Translations under genes and position numbers: made by a program
Part shown: piece by piece, positions 52,533 to 63,650 of the stretch
Numbering within the stretch: the stretch's first letter is position 1
Layout of the letters: each line of letters begins with the position of its first letter
Assembly: GCF_001194135.2 (NCBI RefSeq)
Contig: NC_068992.1
Location: 64,430,918 to 64,494,917 of the forward strand
From: Octopus bimaculoides
Taxonomy: Eukaryota
Direction of reading: 5' to 3'
Length of the DNA: 64,000 bases
The notes under the pieces: generated by a model
The model's input: only the letters and a program-made list of their open reading frames with translations
The model's database searches: none
Told to the model about the DNA's origin: nothing

Positions 52533-52586
52533 TGGCACCAGTGACGAAATAAACAATAAAGTGGCACCAGTGACGAAATAAACAAT
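52533..52586. repeat. 25-bp direct duplication (tggcaccagtgacgaaataaacaat), period 29
   Basis: Direct reading. Confidence 0.85.
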
Positions 52587-53308
52587 GTGCGGACCTCTGC
52601 ATGGTCACTCATCTTACTAGAAATATCAGCGAAATTTCCTTTAACTCATAGCGTATCATCTTAAAAAAAAGAACACGCAAAATGATGTAACTTCGGGTTC
52701 TTTGAATACAAGGAAAAATGTGTTTATAGCCAAACTGTGTTAAGATCATACTTTTGGTCGATCAATGCTGAGCTGAAGCTAAATAGTAACAATTGTATCG
52801 CTAACACGTATACACACTGCCACAATTTATAACTCCAATTCTAGACAAAACAACTGAGTGACTCATTATTTTGTTTATTTGTTTTTCTTTTCTTTAATCC
52901 CCCCTCCATCCCCCCCACGAAAAATCGCAAATCAAAACCCCAACGGCAATCTGCTGGATGTATTTTATCACAAAAAGATTCTGTAATTTCCTGCAACTGG
53001 TGACAGATGCATTGAATTGTAAATTGTTTTCTTAACAATCGGAACATTTCTCTCAAAATCTGAGAGATTCGAAAGAGATTATAAGGCAATATTGAGTGAC
53101 ATCTTGTAGAGAATGTAAATGGAGATCCAAGCTTAGGAAATTAACAGTCACAGCTGAGCCAGTCACATCGTCTCTGTAGCTTACAGGGGAAGAGAGAAAG
53201 AGAAAGAGAAGAGGTGGGTTGGTGGGGGCATGGAGACAGACAAACTAACAGATAAGGAAAGCAAGGTGAGCGTGAGAGGAGGAAGGGAGACCACCCTTAT
53301 AGAACTGT

Positions 53309-53360
<52 letters not shown>

Positions 53361-53427
53361 AAGAGAGAGGGAGAAAGCCAGATGGAGACAGACAGATATA
53401 TATTTNNNNNNNNNNATATATATATAA

Positions 53428-53479
<52 letters not shown>

Positions 53480-53719
53480 AGAGAGGAGAAAGTGGAAAAG
53501 AGAGGAGAGAGAGAGAGGTGGGAAAGAGACATGCACGCAGAGAGACAGACAGAGAGTCGGAAAGAGAATGAGAAGACCACCCTTAAAGAATTGTTTAGCT
53601 GGGCAAAATAACTAGAACAAGCTGTCATGGGGCAATAAAGTCACTATTTTACATCAAATGTAAACACATATACGTAAATATACATACATACATACATACA
53701 TACATATACATATACATAC

Positions 53720-53767
<48 letters not shown>

Positions 53768-54649
53768 GTGGCTGTGTAATAAGTACCTTGCTTACCAACC
53801 ACAATTTGATTGTTGTTTTCTCTAGCCCCAAGCACAACAGTAGACAAAGTCGCTCCAACCATGGCAATCCCTTTTTTCTTCTAACACAATTCTCGAAAGA
53901 CTTCATTGTCTAACGAGTCCCTCTCTTCTAAATTGACAAGGTGTATTTTGAAATAAATTCGACTGCTATATCTGGCAGATCGAAGAATCATATAACACCT
54001 CCCTCGTTTTCTCATTTATTACTCAATTTTCTTTCTTTCTTTTTTTATTACAGCCTGTCAAATTTGGTCAGGTACCACTCACTGAAGACTGTGTTCGTCA
54101 TAAATATCATTCTTTAGCTATAACTGTCTCAATATCTGAAATAAATAAATTATTAATAGAATTGTAATATTTTGGCACTGTTAACCCCATCTATAAAGAT
54201 GGAAAAGATTTTAATATTTATATCGATATCATGTTTCAGCCGGTCTTTGATTGCGTCAGATATCTTTTTCTTGAACGTGTGCATAATAGCAAAATGTATT
54301 TTAACTTGGTGCTTTTATTTATAAACTAAAGCTAACGACTCTCTTATCCAACAGCCCACTGGGACTAATAAGAAAGTGCTTTAGAGGGTTGTAGTTCGAA
54401 ACATAATGGTGTATCAGGGAAATGTTTAACATGAAATGTTGAGAATGACTAAAGGAGTAGAAGTGCGGCTAATACAAAGGCTTGACTCAGTGGGATTAAT
54501 AAAAAAAAACCTGCTAATTTGATCCGGTTTCCTTACAAGAGTGTCATATGTCAACCTCGATGTAAAAAGAACATACAAATAATTCATAGGTATGCATTAT
54601 GTACGAAGGCGGTATCTTCGGCTCACAGATACGCTGTTGAATTGTTGTA

Positions 54650-55520
54650 GGCATGAAGAAATTCGTTAAATCTAATCCGCCTCCTCTGAGATATCGCGTT
54701 CGTTGTGTCAAAAATATAAAGTTGATGAAGAAAAGGGGCTTTCGTTTCACTTAGAAGTGAGATGGATTTCATGAGGTAATGTAATAACTCGAACTGCAGA
54801 GATGAAATATGAACTAAAAGAATACTTTTCAAGAAATCAGAAAGATAGCGCCATCAAGTTTTCTGACACCAATTGGAAGGCATAGCTGGTTTACATGAAT
54901 AGTATTTTCTTACGACTCAATGCAGTAAACAAGAGAGTTCAAGGCAACCCAGCTACCGTTAGAGATTGTGTCAACAAATTAAAGTAATTCTGGATGTAAT
55001 TTGAGTTGTTGATCGAAAAACTGCAAGTTGTGACGTCTTTGAGAATATGAGTGAAAAATTTACTGCGCTGGAAGCAACGAACATCCATCAAATCTGTATG
55101 CTGGCCCAGAAGTATTTTATTTATCTACACAAGGAATTAGGTTTCTATTTTCCCGATATTAGTGAAATGGATTATCGTCTCATTCAAAATCCCTTTGGAA
55201 TCAATATCAGATCAGTTCCGAACAAACAGCAAGATGGATTTGTGAAATTTATAAATGACTTCACGGTCAAAGATCTTCTTAACCCTCATCACCTTCCTTA
55301 GTAACATTCTGGTGTTCCACCGTGGTGTCTTACTTATGTATAGCTAAAAAAAAAAAGCAAATCTGTGGAAAGCCTTTTGTTGCTCCCACCCACTTACCTT
55401 TGCGAACACGGTTTTTCTTTTTTGCCACCAATGTGTATAACCAAAAACTAATTTCGAACAGGACTGTCAGCTAAGAATGATACGTGGGTGTTTCTCTGAA
55501 ACTGTGGCTATACTTGGGTT
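54650..55520 (+). mobile_element. hAT (Buster/Charlie) transposase fossil, C-terminal part
   Basis: Manual translation: LSFHLEVRWIS*GNVITR (HTEVRWLSRG motif), LVYMNSIFLRLNAVNKRVQG, and CEHGFS near the end; many stops. Confidence 0.8.
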
Positions 55521-55842
55521 ACTTGTTAGAAAGAGCCAAACTCATCAATCTTATTAGAAATGAAAAAGTTAAATTAAATGAAATCACTAACAAATAACAT
55601 ATGTCTATTGTTTGTTCTACGGCACCCATACATTTTAACATGTTTTTCACAAGGGTTACGCAAAGAGTGACGGAGAGAACGAAAGGGTACACCAGAAGAA
55701 AAATTTGAGAACCCTTTATATAGAATATCAATTTAGAATAGAAGAGTTCTCAAATCTTGAAGAAAGGGTTTAGTATTTAGATAGCTTCAACCATGTTATT
55801 AACTAAATATCTTGGAATGACCACCAGAGAGATTGTGAGATA

Positions 55843-56974
55843 TGAGGAGTGTTCATTAAAGATTTCCCCTGATCCACTTCCCAACGACTGGGATAAACGA
55901 AACTTGGCATAATTATTAGTCCTTTTCTACATAACCACCACCAATGGTGACACACTTCTCCCATTGCCTTATGCAGTTGTGAAGACCTCGTCTGTAGAAG
56001 TCGGTAGGTTGCGTCAAGACTTTACTTCGGAAATAAGTTCATCATCACCCGAAAAGTGTTTTCCTTTCAAAAAGGACTTCATGGCTGGAAAGTGGTGGAA
56101 GTCAGATGGTGCGAGATTGGGACACTAAGGAAGATGAGGAAGGATTTCACAGCCGCAGGAGTGTACTTTCATCTGGGCAACATGCGCATTGTGAACTGGG
56201 GCGTTGCCTTGGAGGCGGACACCTTTGGTCAGCATGCCACGCCTCTCTACTTTGATGGCGTCCCGCAATTTCGACAGCAGAGAATCATAATATGCTCCGT
56301 TAATTGTGGTGCCCTTTACCAAAAAATCCATCATCACTACTCTGCACTGGTCCAAAAAGACTGTGAGCATCGCCTTGCCTGCTGAGGGCCGGACATGAGC
56401 CTTCTTTGGAGGTGGAGAGTTATCATGCTTCCATTGCTTCGACTGCATTTTTGTCTCAGGATCATAGTGATGGAGCCATGTTTCATCCTATGTGATAAGT
56501 CTGCCAGAAAAGTCCTTCTCGTTTTCTTGGCACATTACCAAATGAACCTGGGAGCAATTGACTTGTTCCTGCTTCGGAAAAGGTGTGAGCAACCGGGGAA
56601 TCCGTCGTGCAGACAACTTCCGCATGTGCAAATGGTCGTGAATGATTATTTTCACGGACCCTACACTTATCTTCACTTCTTGGGCTAGTTGCCGAATCCT
56701 CGAAAAAGGCGGCTTCCGCTTTATGGATGGTGTCGTCATCAATGGCGGAATGTCGTCGTCCAGGAATATGAGCAGTTTCCACCGATGTCCGACCACATTT
56801 CAACTGGCGATGCCAATGCTTGACTATGTCGTATGATGGTGCATCATCTCCATAGACTTCATCTCGTTGAAAGTTTCTAGTGGAAAGCAGCAATTTAAAA
56901 TGTGACATGTAGAGACATGTATAATTGCAATAACCGAAAGTGGGTCAGAGGAAATCTTTAATGAACACCCCTCG
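55843..56974 (-). mobile_element. Mariner transposon (probably irritans-type), both TIRs present, transposase inactivated
   Basis: ~37-bp TIRs (Y)GAGG(R)GTGTTCATTAAAGATTTCC(Y)CTGA(Y)CCACTT with TA at 55841-42 and 56975-76. Motifs YGDDAPSY, SARRIPRLLT, DETWLHHYDPETK, SAGKAMLTVF, NAPVH, PNLAPSDF; frameshifts and stops; 1132 bp. Confidence 0.95.
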
Positions 56975-58185
56975 TACAGAACTTGTTAATTTGGAAACGT
57001 TTTACTTCAGTGTTTAGCTGTGAATAAGAAAGCAAATAGCTGCAAATGTCGTTATTGTATTGATAGTTTGAGCCAAACCAAGTTTAATTGACAGAACTAA
57101 ACCCCATTAGCTTCAGAAGTTAGCGAGGAGTTGCTTAAGAGAGAAATTAATGAACGCGGATCACAAGCTTCCATCACCAAAGTGAATTAGAAAGACAAAC
57201 AATCTGGTTTTGTACATAGTTCGACAGAAATATCACTACCAACATAGCCAACAGCTGGTTTTAATTCTTATTAGTAAGATGTGGCTGTGTGGTAAGAAGT
57301 TTGTTTCCCAACCCACATTGTTCCAGGTTCAGTACCGCCTCAGGGTCTTCCGCTACACACACACACACTCACACAAACACGACGAGGTTTTTTTTTTCGG
57401 TTTCTGTCCACCAAGTTCACTCACAAGGCTTTGGTCGGCCCGAGGCTATAACAGAAGACAATTGCCCAAGGTGCCAACTGTGGGACTGAACCCGGTACCA
57501 TGTGGTTGAAAAGCAATCTTCTTACCATATAGCCATACAGCCACGCCTGCGATATATATATATATANNNNNNNNNNNNNNNNNNNNNNNNNNNNNNNNNN
57601 NNNNNNNNNNNNNNNNNNNNNNNNNNNNNNNNNNNNNNNNNNNNNNNNNNNNNNNNNNNNNNNNNNNNNNNNNNNNAAATGGATAGATAGATAGATAGAT
57701 AGATTATATAGGTAGACAGTTGAAATCTACTAACTAAAATATTTGCATCTAGATTTTATATACGTTTTATGTTTGTATGTGTACATGATTGTGCATATCT
57801 GCATTATGAGGGTGAGTGAGAGATTGAGTGAGTGAGTGAGAGTCTAAACGATAGAGTTCGACAAAAAAGAGTCTACATAACGCTGACTGTTGTGGAAACA
57901 ATTTTTCAAAACTACGTATGGTGTCAGAAATACTCTAATGAGAGAATGTACTAAGATGACGCTTGGTATATATCGGTTCTAAACAATAATTAGATAGCAT
58001 AAATTGAAAGATTAAACAGGCTGAGTAAACGCAATGAGAAATAGTGTAATGTTAGCTGCGCATAAACATGTGCCATTATGTTAAGCGTCCTTCCATGTGT
58101 ATGTGCGTGTAGTATGTATGTATGTGTACATGTATGCATGTATTTGTGTACGTATTTATACGCACACATATACGTTTATACATAC

Positions 58186-58230
<45 letters not shown>

Positions 58231-58588
58231 NNNNNNNNNNNNNNNNNNNNNNNNNNNNNNNNNNNNNNNNNNNNNNNNNNNNNNNNNNNNNNNNNNNNNN
58301 NNNNNNNNNNNNNNNNNNNNNNNNNNNNNNNNNNNNNNNNNNNNNNNNNNNNNNNNNNNNNNNNNNNNNNNNNNNNNNNNNNNNNNNNNNNNNNNNNNNN
58401 NNNNNNNNNNNNNNNNNNNNNNNNNNNNNNNNNNNNNNNNNNNNNNNNNNNNNNNNNNNNNNNNNNNNNNNNNNNNNNNNNNNNNNNNNNNNNNNNNNNN
58501 NNNNNNNNNNNNNNNNNNNNNNNNNNNNNNNNNNNNNNNNNNNNNNNNNNNNNNNNNNNNNNNNNNNNNNNNNNNNNNNNNNNNNNNN

Positions 58589-58619
<31 letters not shown>

Positions 58620-58736
58620 TTGCTTGAAAAAAGATGAGTGGCATTCGATCATATAATAATATGAATAATATATAAATATATGCATGTACATATATATCTA
58701 TATATACATGTATATATGGGTACAGATATCTATCTA

Positions 58737-58769
<33 letters not shown>

Positions 58770-59025
58770 ATGTATGTATGTATGTATGTATGTATGTCTG
58801 CTCCAACGAAGTCGTGTATTGTCCTTGCCTTCGGAACGCGGAGTAGATGGAACAGGGACAACTGAAGAAGGGCAATATTCTTTATGTTGCATGTCTCGTT
58901 TCTCTGTTTGTTTTTTTCGTTGTTCGAAAAAAGTTCGTTTTCTGTCCTCGTCTTGCAAATGTCTTCTACTACAGCCTCGGGGCGACCAAAGCCTTGTGAG
59001 TGGATTTGGTAGTCGGAAACCCGTC

Positions 59026-59034
<9 letters not shown>

Positions 59035-59108
<74 letters not shown>
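59035..59108. repeat. (GT)n microsatellite (others: (GT)n ~11859-11893, (CA)n ~14719-14775, (GA)n ~51990-52045, (TATC)n ~40805-40858 and ~59920-59985, (AAT)n ~49656-49710 and ~50407-50482)
   Basis: Direct reading. Confidence 0.95.
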
Positions 59109-59117
<9 letters not shown>

Positions 59118-59390
59118 GTATGTGAAGGCGGGAACCTTTATTTCACATTGCTCCAGTTCACTTAGCTCGCAACAAGGAGTAATACCTGTAATTCAAAGGG
59201 CCAGCCTTGTCACCTTCTGTGTCATTCTACATCTCCATGAGAACTAGTTAAGGGGTACACGTGTCTGTGGAGTGCTCAGCCACTTGCACGTTAATTTCAT
59301 GAGCAGGCTGTTCCGTAGATCGGATCAACTGGAACCCTTGTCGTCGTAACCGACGGAGTGCCACTGTAGTATATAAATATATACGTTTGC

Positions 59391-59426
<36 letters not shown>

Positions 59427-59920
59427 NNNNNNNNNNNNNNNNNNNNNNNNNNNNNNNNNNNNNNNNNNNNNNNNNNNNNNNNNNNNNNNNNNNNNNNNNN
59501 NNNNNNNNNNNNNNNNNNNNNNNNNNNNNNNNNNNNNNNNNNNNNNNNNNNNNNNNNNNNNNNNNNNNNNNNNNNNNNNNNNNNNNNNNNNNNNNNNNNN
59601 NNNNNNNNNNNNNNNNNNNNNNNNNNNNNNNNNNNNNNNNNNNNNNNNNNNNNNNNNNNNNNNNNNNNNNNNNNNNNNNNNNNNNNNNNNNNNNNNNNNN
59701 NNNNNNNNNNNNNNNNNNNNNNNNNNNNNNNNNNNNNNNNNNNNNNNNNNNNNNNNNNNNNNNNNNNNNNNNNNNNNNNNNNNNNNNNNNNNNNNNNNNN
59801 NNNNNNNNNNNNCAGCTACGCATGCATACATACATATATACATACCTAATACACGCGCGTGTCTTTCTGTCTGTCTATCTATCTATTTATCTATAGCTCC
59901 ATCCATCCATCCATCCATTA

Positions 59921-59985
<65 letters not shown>

Positions 59986-60039
59986 GTTGTCCATCCATCC
60001 ATCCGTCCGTCCGTCCGTCTGTCTGTATAAGGAACATGG

Positions 60040-60452
60040 TTGAGTAGTCAGGGTGTTACAGGCGTTGCACTCACAATCGCAAGGTCGTCATTTCGCTTCC
60101 CGGTGGTGCATTGTGTCGTGTTTTTGACTAAAACGTTTCATGTCCCTTTCATGAGGAATGTTAATGGCCTACCTGCTCACTTAGCCAGCGAGGTGACATC
60201 CTTTAGAAGCTACAACGATGCGAAGAAGGGCATTGTGACCAGCGGTGTATAACAACATCCGATTGTCCGCTGGAAGGTAAGAGAAAGCGAGGCCGGCCAA
60301 AGAAGACATGGCGGAGTACCTCCAAAGAAGACCTACACAGACGGAACCTCACCCAGGAAGAAGCATACCGGTTGACCAAAGACGGAGATAATTGGCGATC
60401 ACTGACTGCCCGATGTGCCACTTAAAGGCACCAACGGACTAAGAAGAAGAAG
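60040..60452 (+). mobile_element. SINE-like element: tRNA-like head plus RTE-LINE 3' tail plus (AAG)n
   Basis: The 3' part translates EGKRKRGRPKKTWRSTSKEDLHRRNLTQEEAYRLTKDGDNWRSL (RTE ORF end) and ends in aagaagaagaa. Confidence 0.7.
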
Positions 60453-60490
60453 AATATATGCATACATGCATACATACATACATATGTATA

Positions 60491-61220
60491 CAGGGTGTTC
60501 CAAAAGCTACTGAGGGGTTTCAATTCTTAATAACTTCCTTAACTTCACAAATAGATGCATGAACTTTTGATCCAATATAAAGGACATAATGGAAATTAAT
60601 ATGCACAAGTCTAATTTTACAAGACCACAACATCACATATGAAAAATGACGTAGTTTAAATGGCAGCCATTTTCGGTTTCGCTCGGCCGTACTTTTTCCA
60701 AAACTTGCACCGTAACACCCTCAAAAGTAGCCGGAGCTTATTCTCTCTCCAAAGCACTGCCATAGCAACTGCAGTGTTTCTCTTGCGGTAGAAGCAGTTG
60801 CCCCATCTTGCTGAAACCGTGTGTGAGGTCTACTTTGAATGGCCTTCACGTTCGCCAAACTTAACTAGCCCGGATATTTTCTCGTGGGGATACCTGAAAG
60901 AGAGGGTTTACATCAACAAACCGGAGACCCTGGTGCAGCTGAAGGAGAACATCAATAGAGAAATCAGAGAAGTGGGGTCTGAAACTCTCGAGGGTGTTAT
61001 GGTGCAAGTTTTGGAAAGAGCACGAGAGAGCGAAGCCGAAAATGGTGCCATTTAAGCGATGCCATTTTTCATATGTGATGTAGCGGTTTTGCAAAATTTT
61101 ACTTGTGTATATTAATTTCCATTATGTCCTTTATATTGTATTAAAATTTCATGCATTTATTTGTGAAGTTAAGGAAGTTATTAAGAATTGAAACCCATCA
61201 GTGACTTTTGGGACACCCTG
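60491..61220 (+). mobile_element. Non-autonomous Tc1/mariner-superfamily element with ~230-bp TIRs and the transposase C-terminus
   Basis: CAGGGTG ends with TA flanks (60489-90, 61221-22). 60491-60722 is the near reverse complement of 60990-61220. Internal WPSRSPNLTSPDIFSWGYLKERVYINKP motif. Confidence 0.9.
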
Positions 61221-61372
61221 TATATGTGAATATAGAAATGAGAATATATATGGCGTGCTTAAAACAGAATTACGCCTTTTTCATTATTTATTATTATGTT
61301 TTACAGTCAGTGCGTTTTATATGGCGTCAAATACGTTTCTTGCAGTCATGATATAAAATATTGATGACTTAC

Positions 61373-61542
61373 CTCAACTGTTACACTTTCATTGGTGGTT
61401 CCTTTGCTGTATATGCATTGTCCTGGACACAAACCCTTTTTGACCCGCATAAAGGAAAACTCAGTACCGGCCAGGTTAACCGTGACACCGTTGATCTCTG
61501 TAATCCTTCCAAATATCTTCTTATCCGAATCACTTTTTATAA
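61373..61542 (-). CDS. THSD4: THSD4/ADAMTSL4-like protein, ADAMTS spacer exon (xIKSDSDKKIFGRITEINGVTVNLAGTEFSFMRVKKGLCPGQCIYSKGTTNESVTVE)
   Basis: Spacer pattern AGTxFxxxR...GxTNE. Acceptor ttttttcag|, donor gag|gtaagt, phase 1 to 0. Joins in frame to IVYVNNNPGITFEFY of the next exon. Confidence 0.85.
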
Positions 61543-61671
61543 CTGAAAAAAAAAAACAAAAAAAAAACACAAATACATTGGTTCGTTTTATTACGAAGTA
61601 GAAAGAATATTGTTTAGTTATCCAGCAATGGAAATGGGTTTTAGTGTACCCCTAGTTTTAGGATAACCATC

Positions 61672-62372
61672 AAGGCGGTGAGCTGGCAGAATCGTTGCCG
61701 CACCGGACAAAATACAGAGCAGCATTTCTTCTGGCACTTTACGTTCTGAGTTCAANNNNNNNNNNNNNNNNNNNNNNNNNNNNNNNNNNNNNNNNNNNNN
61801 NNNNNNNNNNNNNNNNNNNNNNNNNNNNNNNNNNNNNNNNNNNNNNNNNNNNNNNNNNNNNNNNNNNNNNNNNNNNNNNNNNNNNNNNNNNNNNNNNNNN
61901 NNNNNNNNNNNNNNNNNNNNNNNNNNNNNNNNNNNNNNNNNNNNNNNNNNNNNNNNNNNNNNNNNNNNNNNNNNNNNNNNNNNNNNNNNNNNNNNNNNNN
62001 NNNNNNNNNNNNNNNNNNNNNNNNNNNNNNNNNNNNNNNNNNNNNNNNNNNNNNNNNNNNNNNNNNNNNNNNNNNNNNNNNNNNNNNNNNNNNNNNNNNN
62101 NNNNNNNNNNNNNNNNNNNNNNNNNNNNNNNNNNNNNNNNNNNNNNNNNNNNNNNNNNNNNNNNNNNNNNNNNNNNNNNNNNNNNNNNNNNNNNNNNNNN
62201 NNNNNNNNNNNNNNNNNNNNNNNNNNNNNNNNNNNNNNNNNNNNNNNNNNNNNNNNNNNNNNNNNNNNNNNNNNNNNNNNNNNNNNNNNNNNNNNNNNNN
62301 NNNNNNNAAGACAGACGAAATACCGCTAAGCATTTCGCCCGGCACGCTAACGATTCTGCCAGCTCGTCGCCA
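61672..62372. mobile_element. Two SINE A heads in inverted orientation flanking an N gap
   Basis: + head at 61672-61755 and - head at 62309-62372. Confidence 0.8.
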
Positions 62373-62384
62373 TTAATAATAATA

Positions 62385-62520
62385 TAGTAATCCCTTGACT
62401 ATCGCGTGTGTTGCGTTCCAAAACCCGCCGCGATAGGTGAGAATCCACGAAGTAGAAACAGTACTGTACTGCATATTTTAAAAAATTATTTTTGTAATTT
62501 GTATATATTTATTTTATTAA
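62385..62520. mobile_element. Probable left end of a Tigger/pogo-like element
   Basis: TAGTAATCCCTTGACTATCGCG...CCGCCGCGATAGGTGAGAATCCACGAAGTAG resembles Tigger-type termini; other end not found. Confidence 0.4.
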
Positions 62521-62676
62521 AATTCGTGGAGAACAACGAATGAACGGAGAGATGAAAAATGTGTAGGGATTAACGGTTTAACATAATATTATATATNNNN
62601 NNNNNNNNNNNNNNNNNNNNNNNATGTCGGTATGCACATACCTGTACGTATATATGCATATACTCATTTACTTTTG

Positions 62677-62720
<44 letters not shown>

Positions 62721-62846
62721 TACATACATACATATATTTATTTTATTCCCTCGAAGCTTCGAAACAAAATGGCAGCCATGCATTTCGCCCTCCGAACGTT
62801 CGCACAAGCGAAAAATTCAGAGTTGCTTTCATCAACATCAAAATGA

Positions 62847-62888
<42 letters not shown>

Positions 62889-63181
62889 GTGTTTGTGTGC
62901 GTGTATGTGTGTGTGTATTATTTGAAAAAGGCGTTGAATCATCATTTTTTTATTCGTTCATTCTGGGACATTAAATGCATTGATCTCATCTGAGTGGGAG
63001 GTCTTAGAGAAGGTCATGGGGGGCACCTCTCCTTTCTTTCGCTGACTAATTATTAAAAGAAAACAGTGTCACTCCTTCCCCACCCCCACACCGCACATAC
63101 TCTCCACATCTAACCAAGCCCAGTGTCAAACACCAAGATTTCTTGCACCGATAAAGTACTGAACTTAAAGTAAGCTGTGAC

Positions 63182-63290
63182 GTGGTGGTGGTGGTGGTGA
63201 TGGTGGTGGTGGCGGTAGTGGTGGTGGTGGTGGTAGTGATTGTGGCGGTGGTAGTTGTGGTACTGGTGGTGGTGGTGATGGTGGCGGTGG
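63182..63290. repeat. Imperfect (GGT)n trinucleotide repeat
   Basis: Direct reading. Confidence 0.9.
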
Positions 63291-63589
63291 ATTATAGCTG
63301 GGTATGTTGGGTTCTGGTAAAAACATTAAACAGTCCCTTAGAACAGGCGTTGTCCTCATTTTGGAGAAGATAGGACGACGTCAACAACAGCAGCAGCAGC
63401 AGTTAGAATAGCAACAACAACAAAAACAATTGCTACAGAAGCACCAAACAACAACAGTTCCTCGTCATTCAAAGAGGACAATTTTAAGAGAATACAGTCA
63501 GTCACATGTGTGTGTATGTGCGTGTGTGTGTGTGTGTGAGTGGATATGTGCACAAGAGTGAGGGCGACTGTACGCTTGTGTTCCTGCAC

Positions 63590-63650
63590 GAGTACGTATA
63601 TGAGTACGTCCATGTGCCCGTATATGAGTACGTCCATGTACCCAGATATG
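63590..63650. repeat. 24-bp tandem unit (gtatatgagtacgtccatgt(g/a)ccc), ~2.5 copies
   Basis: Direct reading. Confidence 0.7.

Noticed and set aside
63165-63373. Poly-Pro / poly-Val ORFs
   Set aside because: Translations of a (GGT)n microsatellite.
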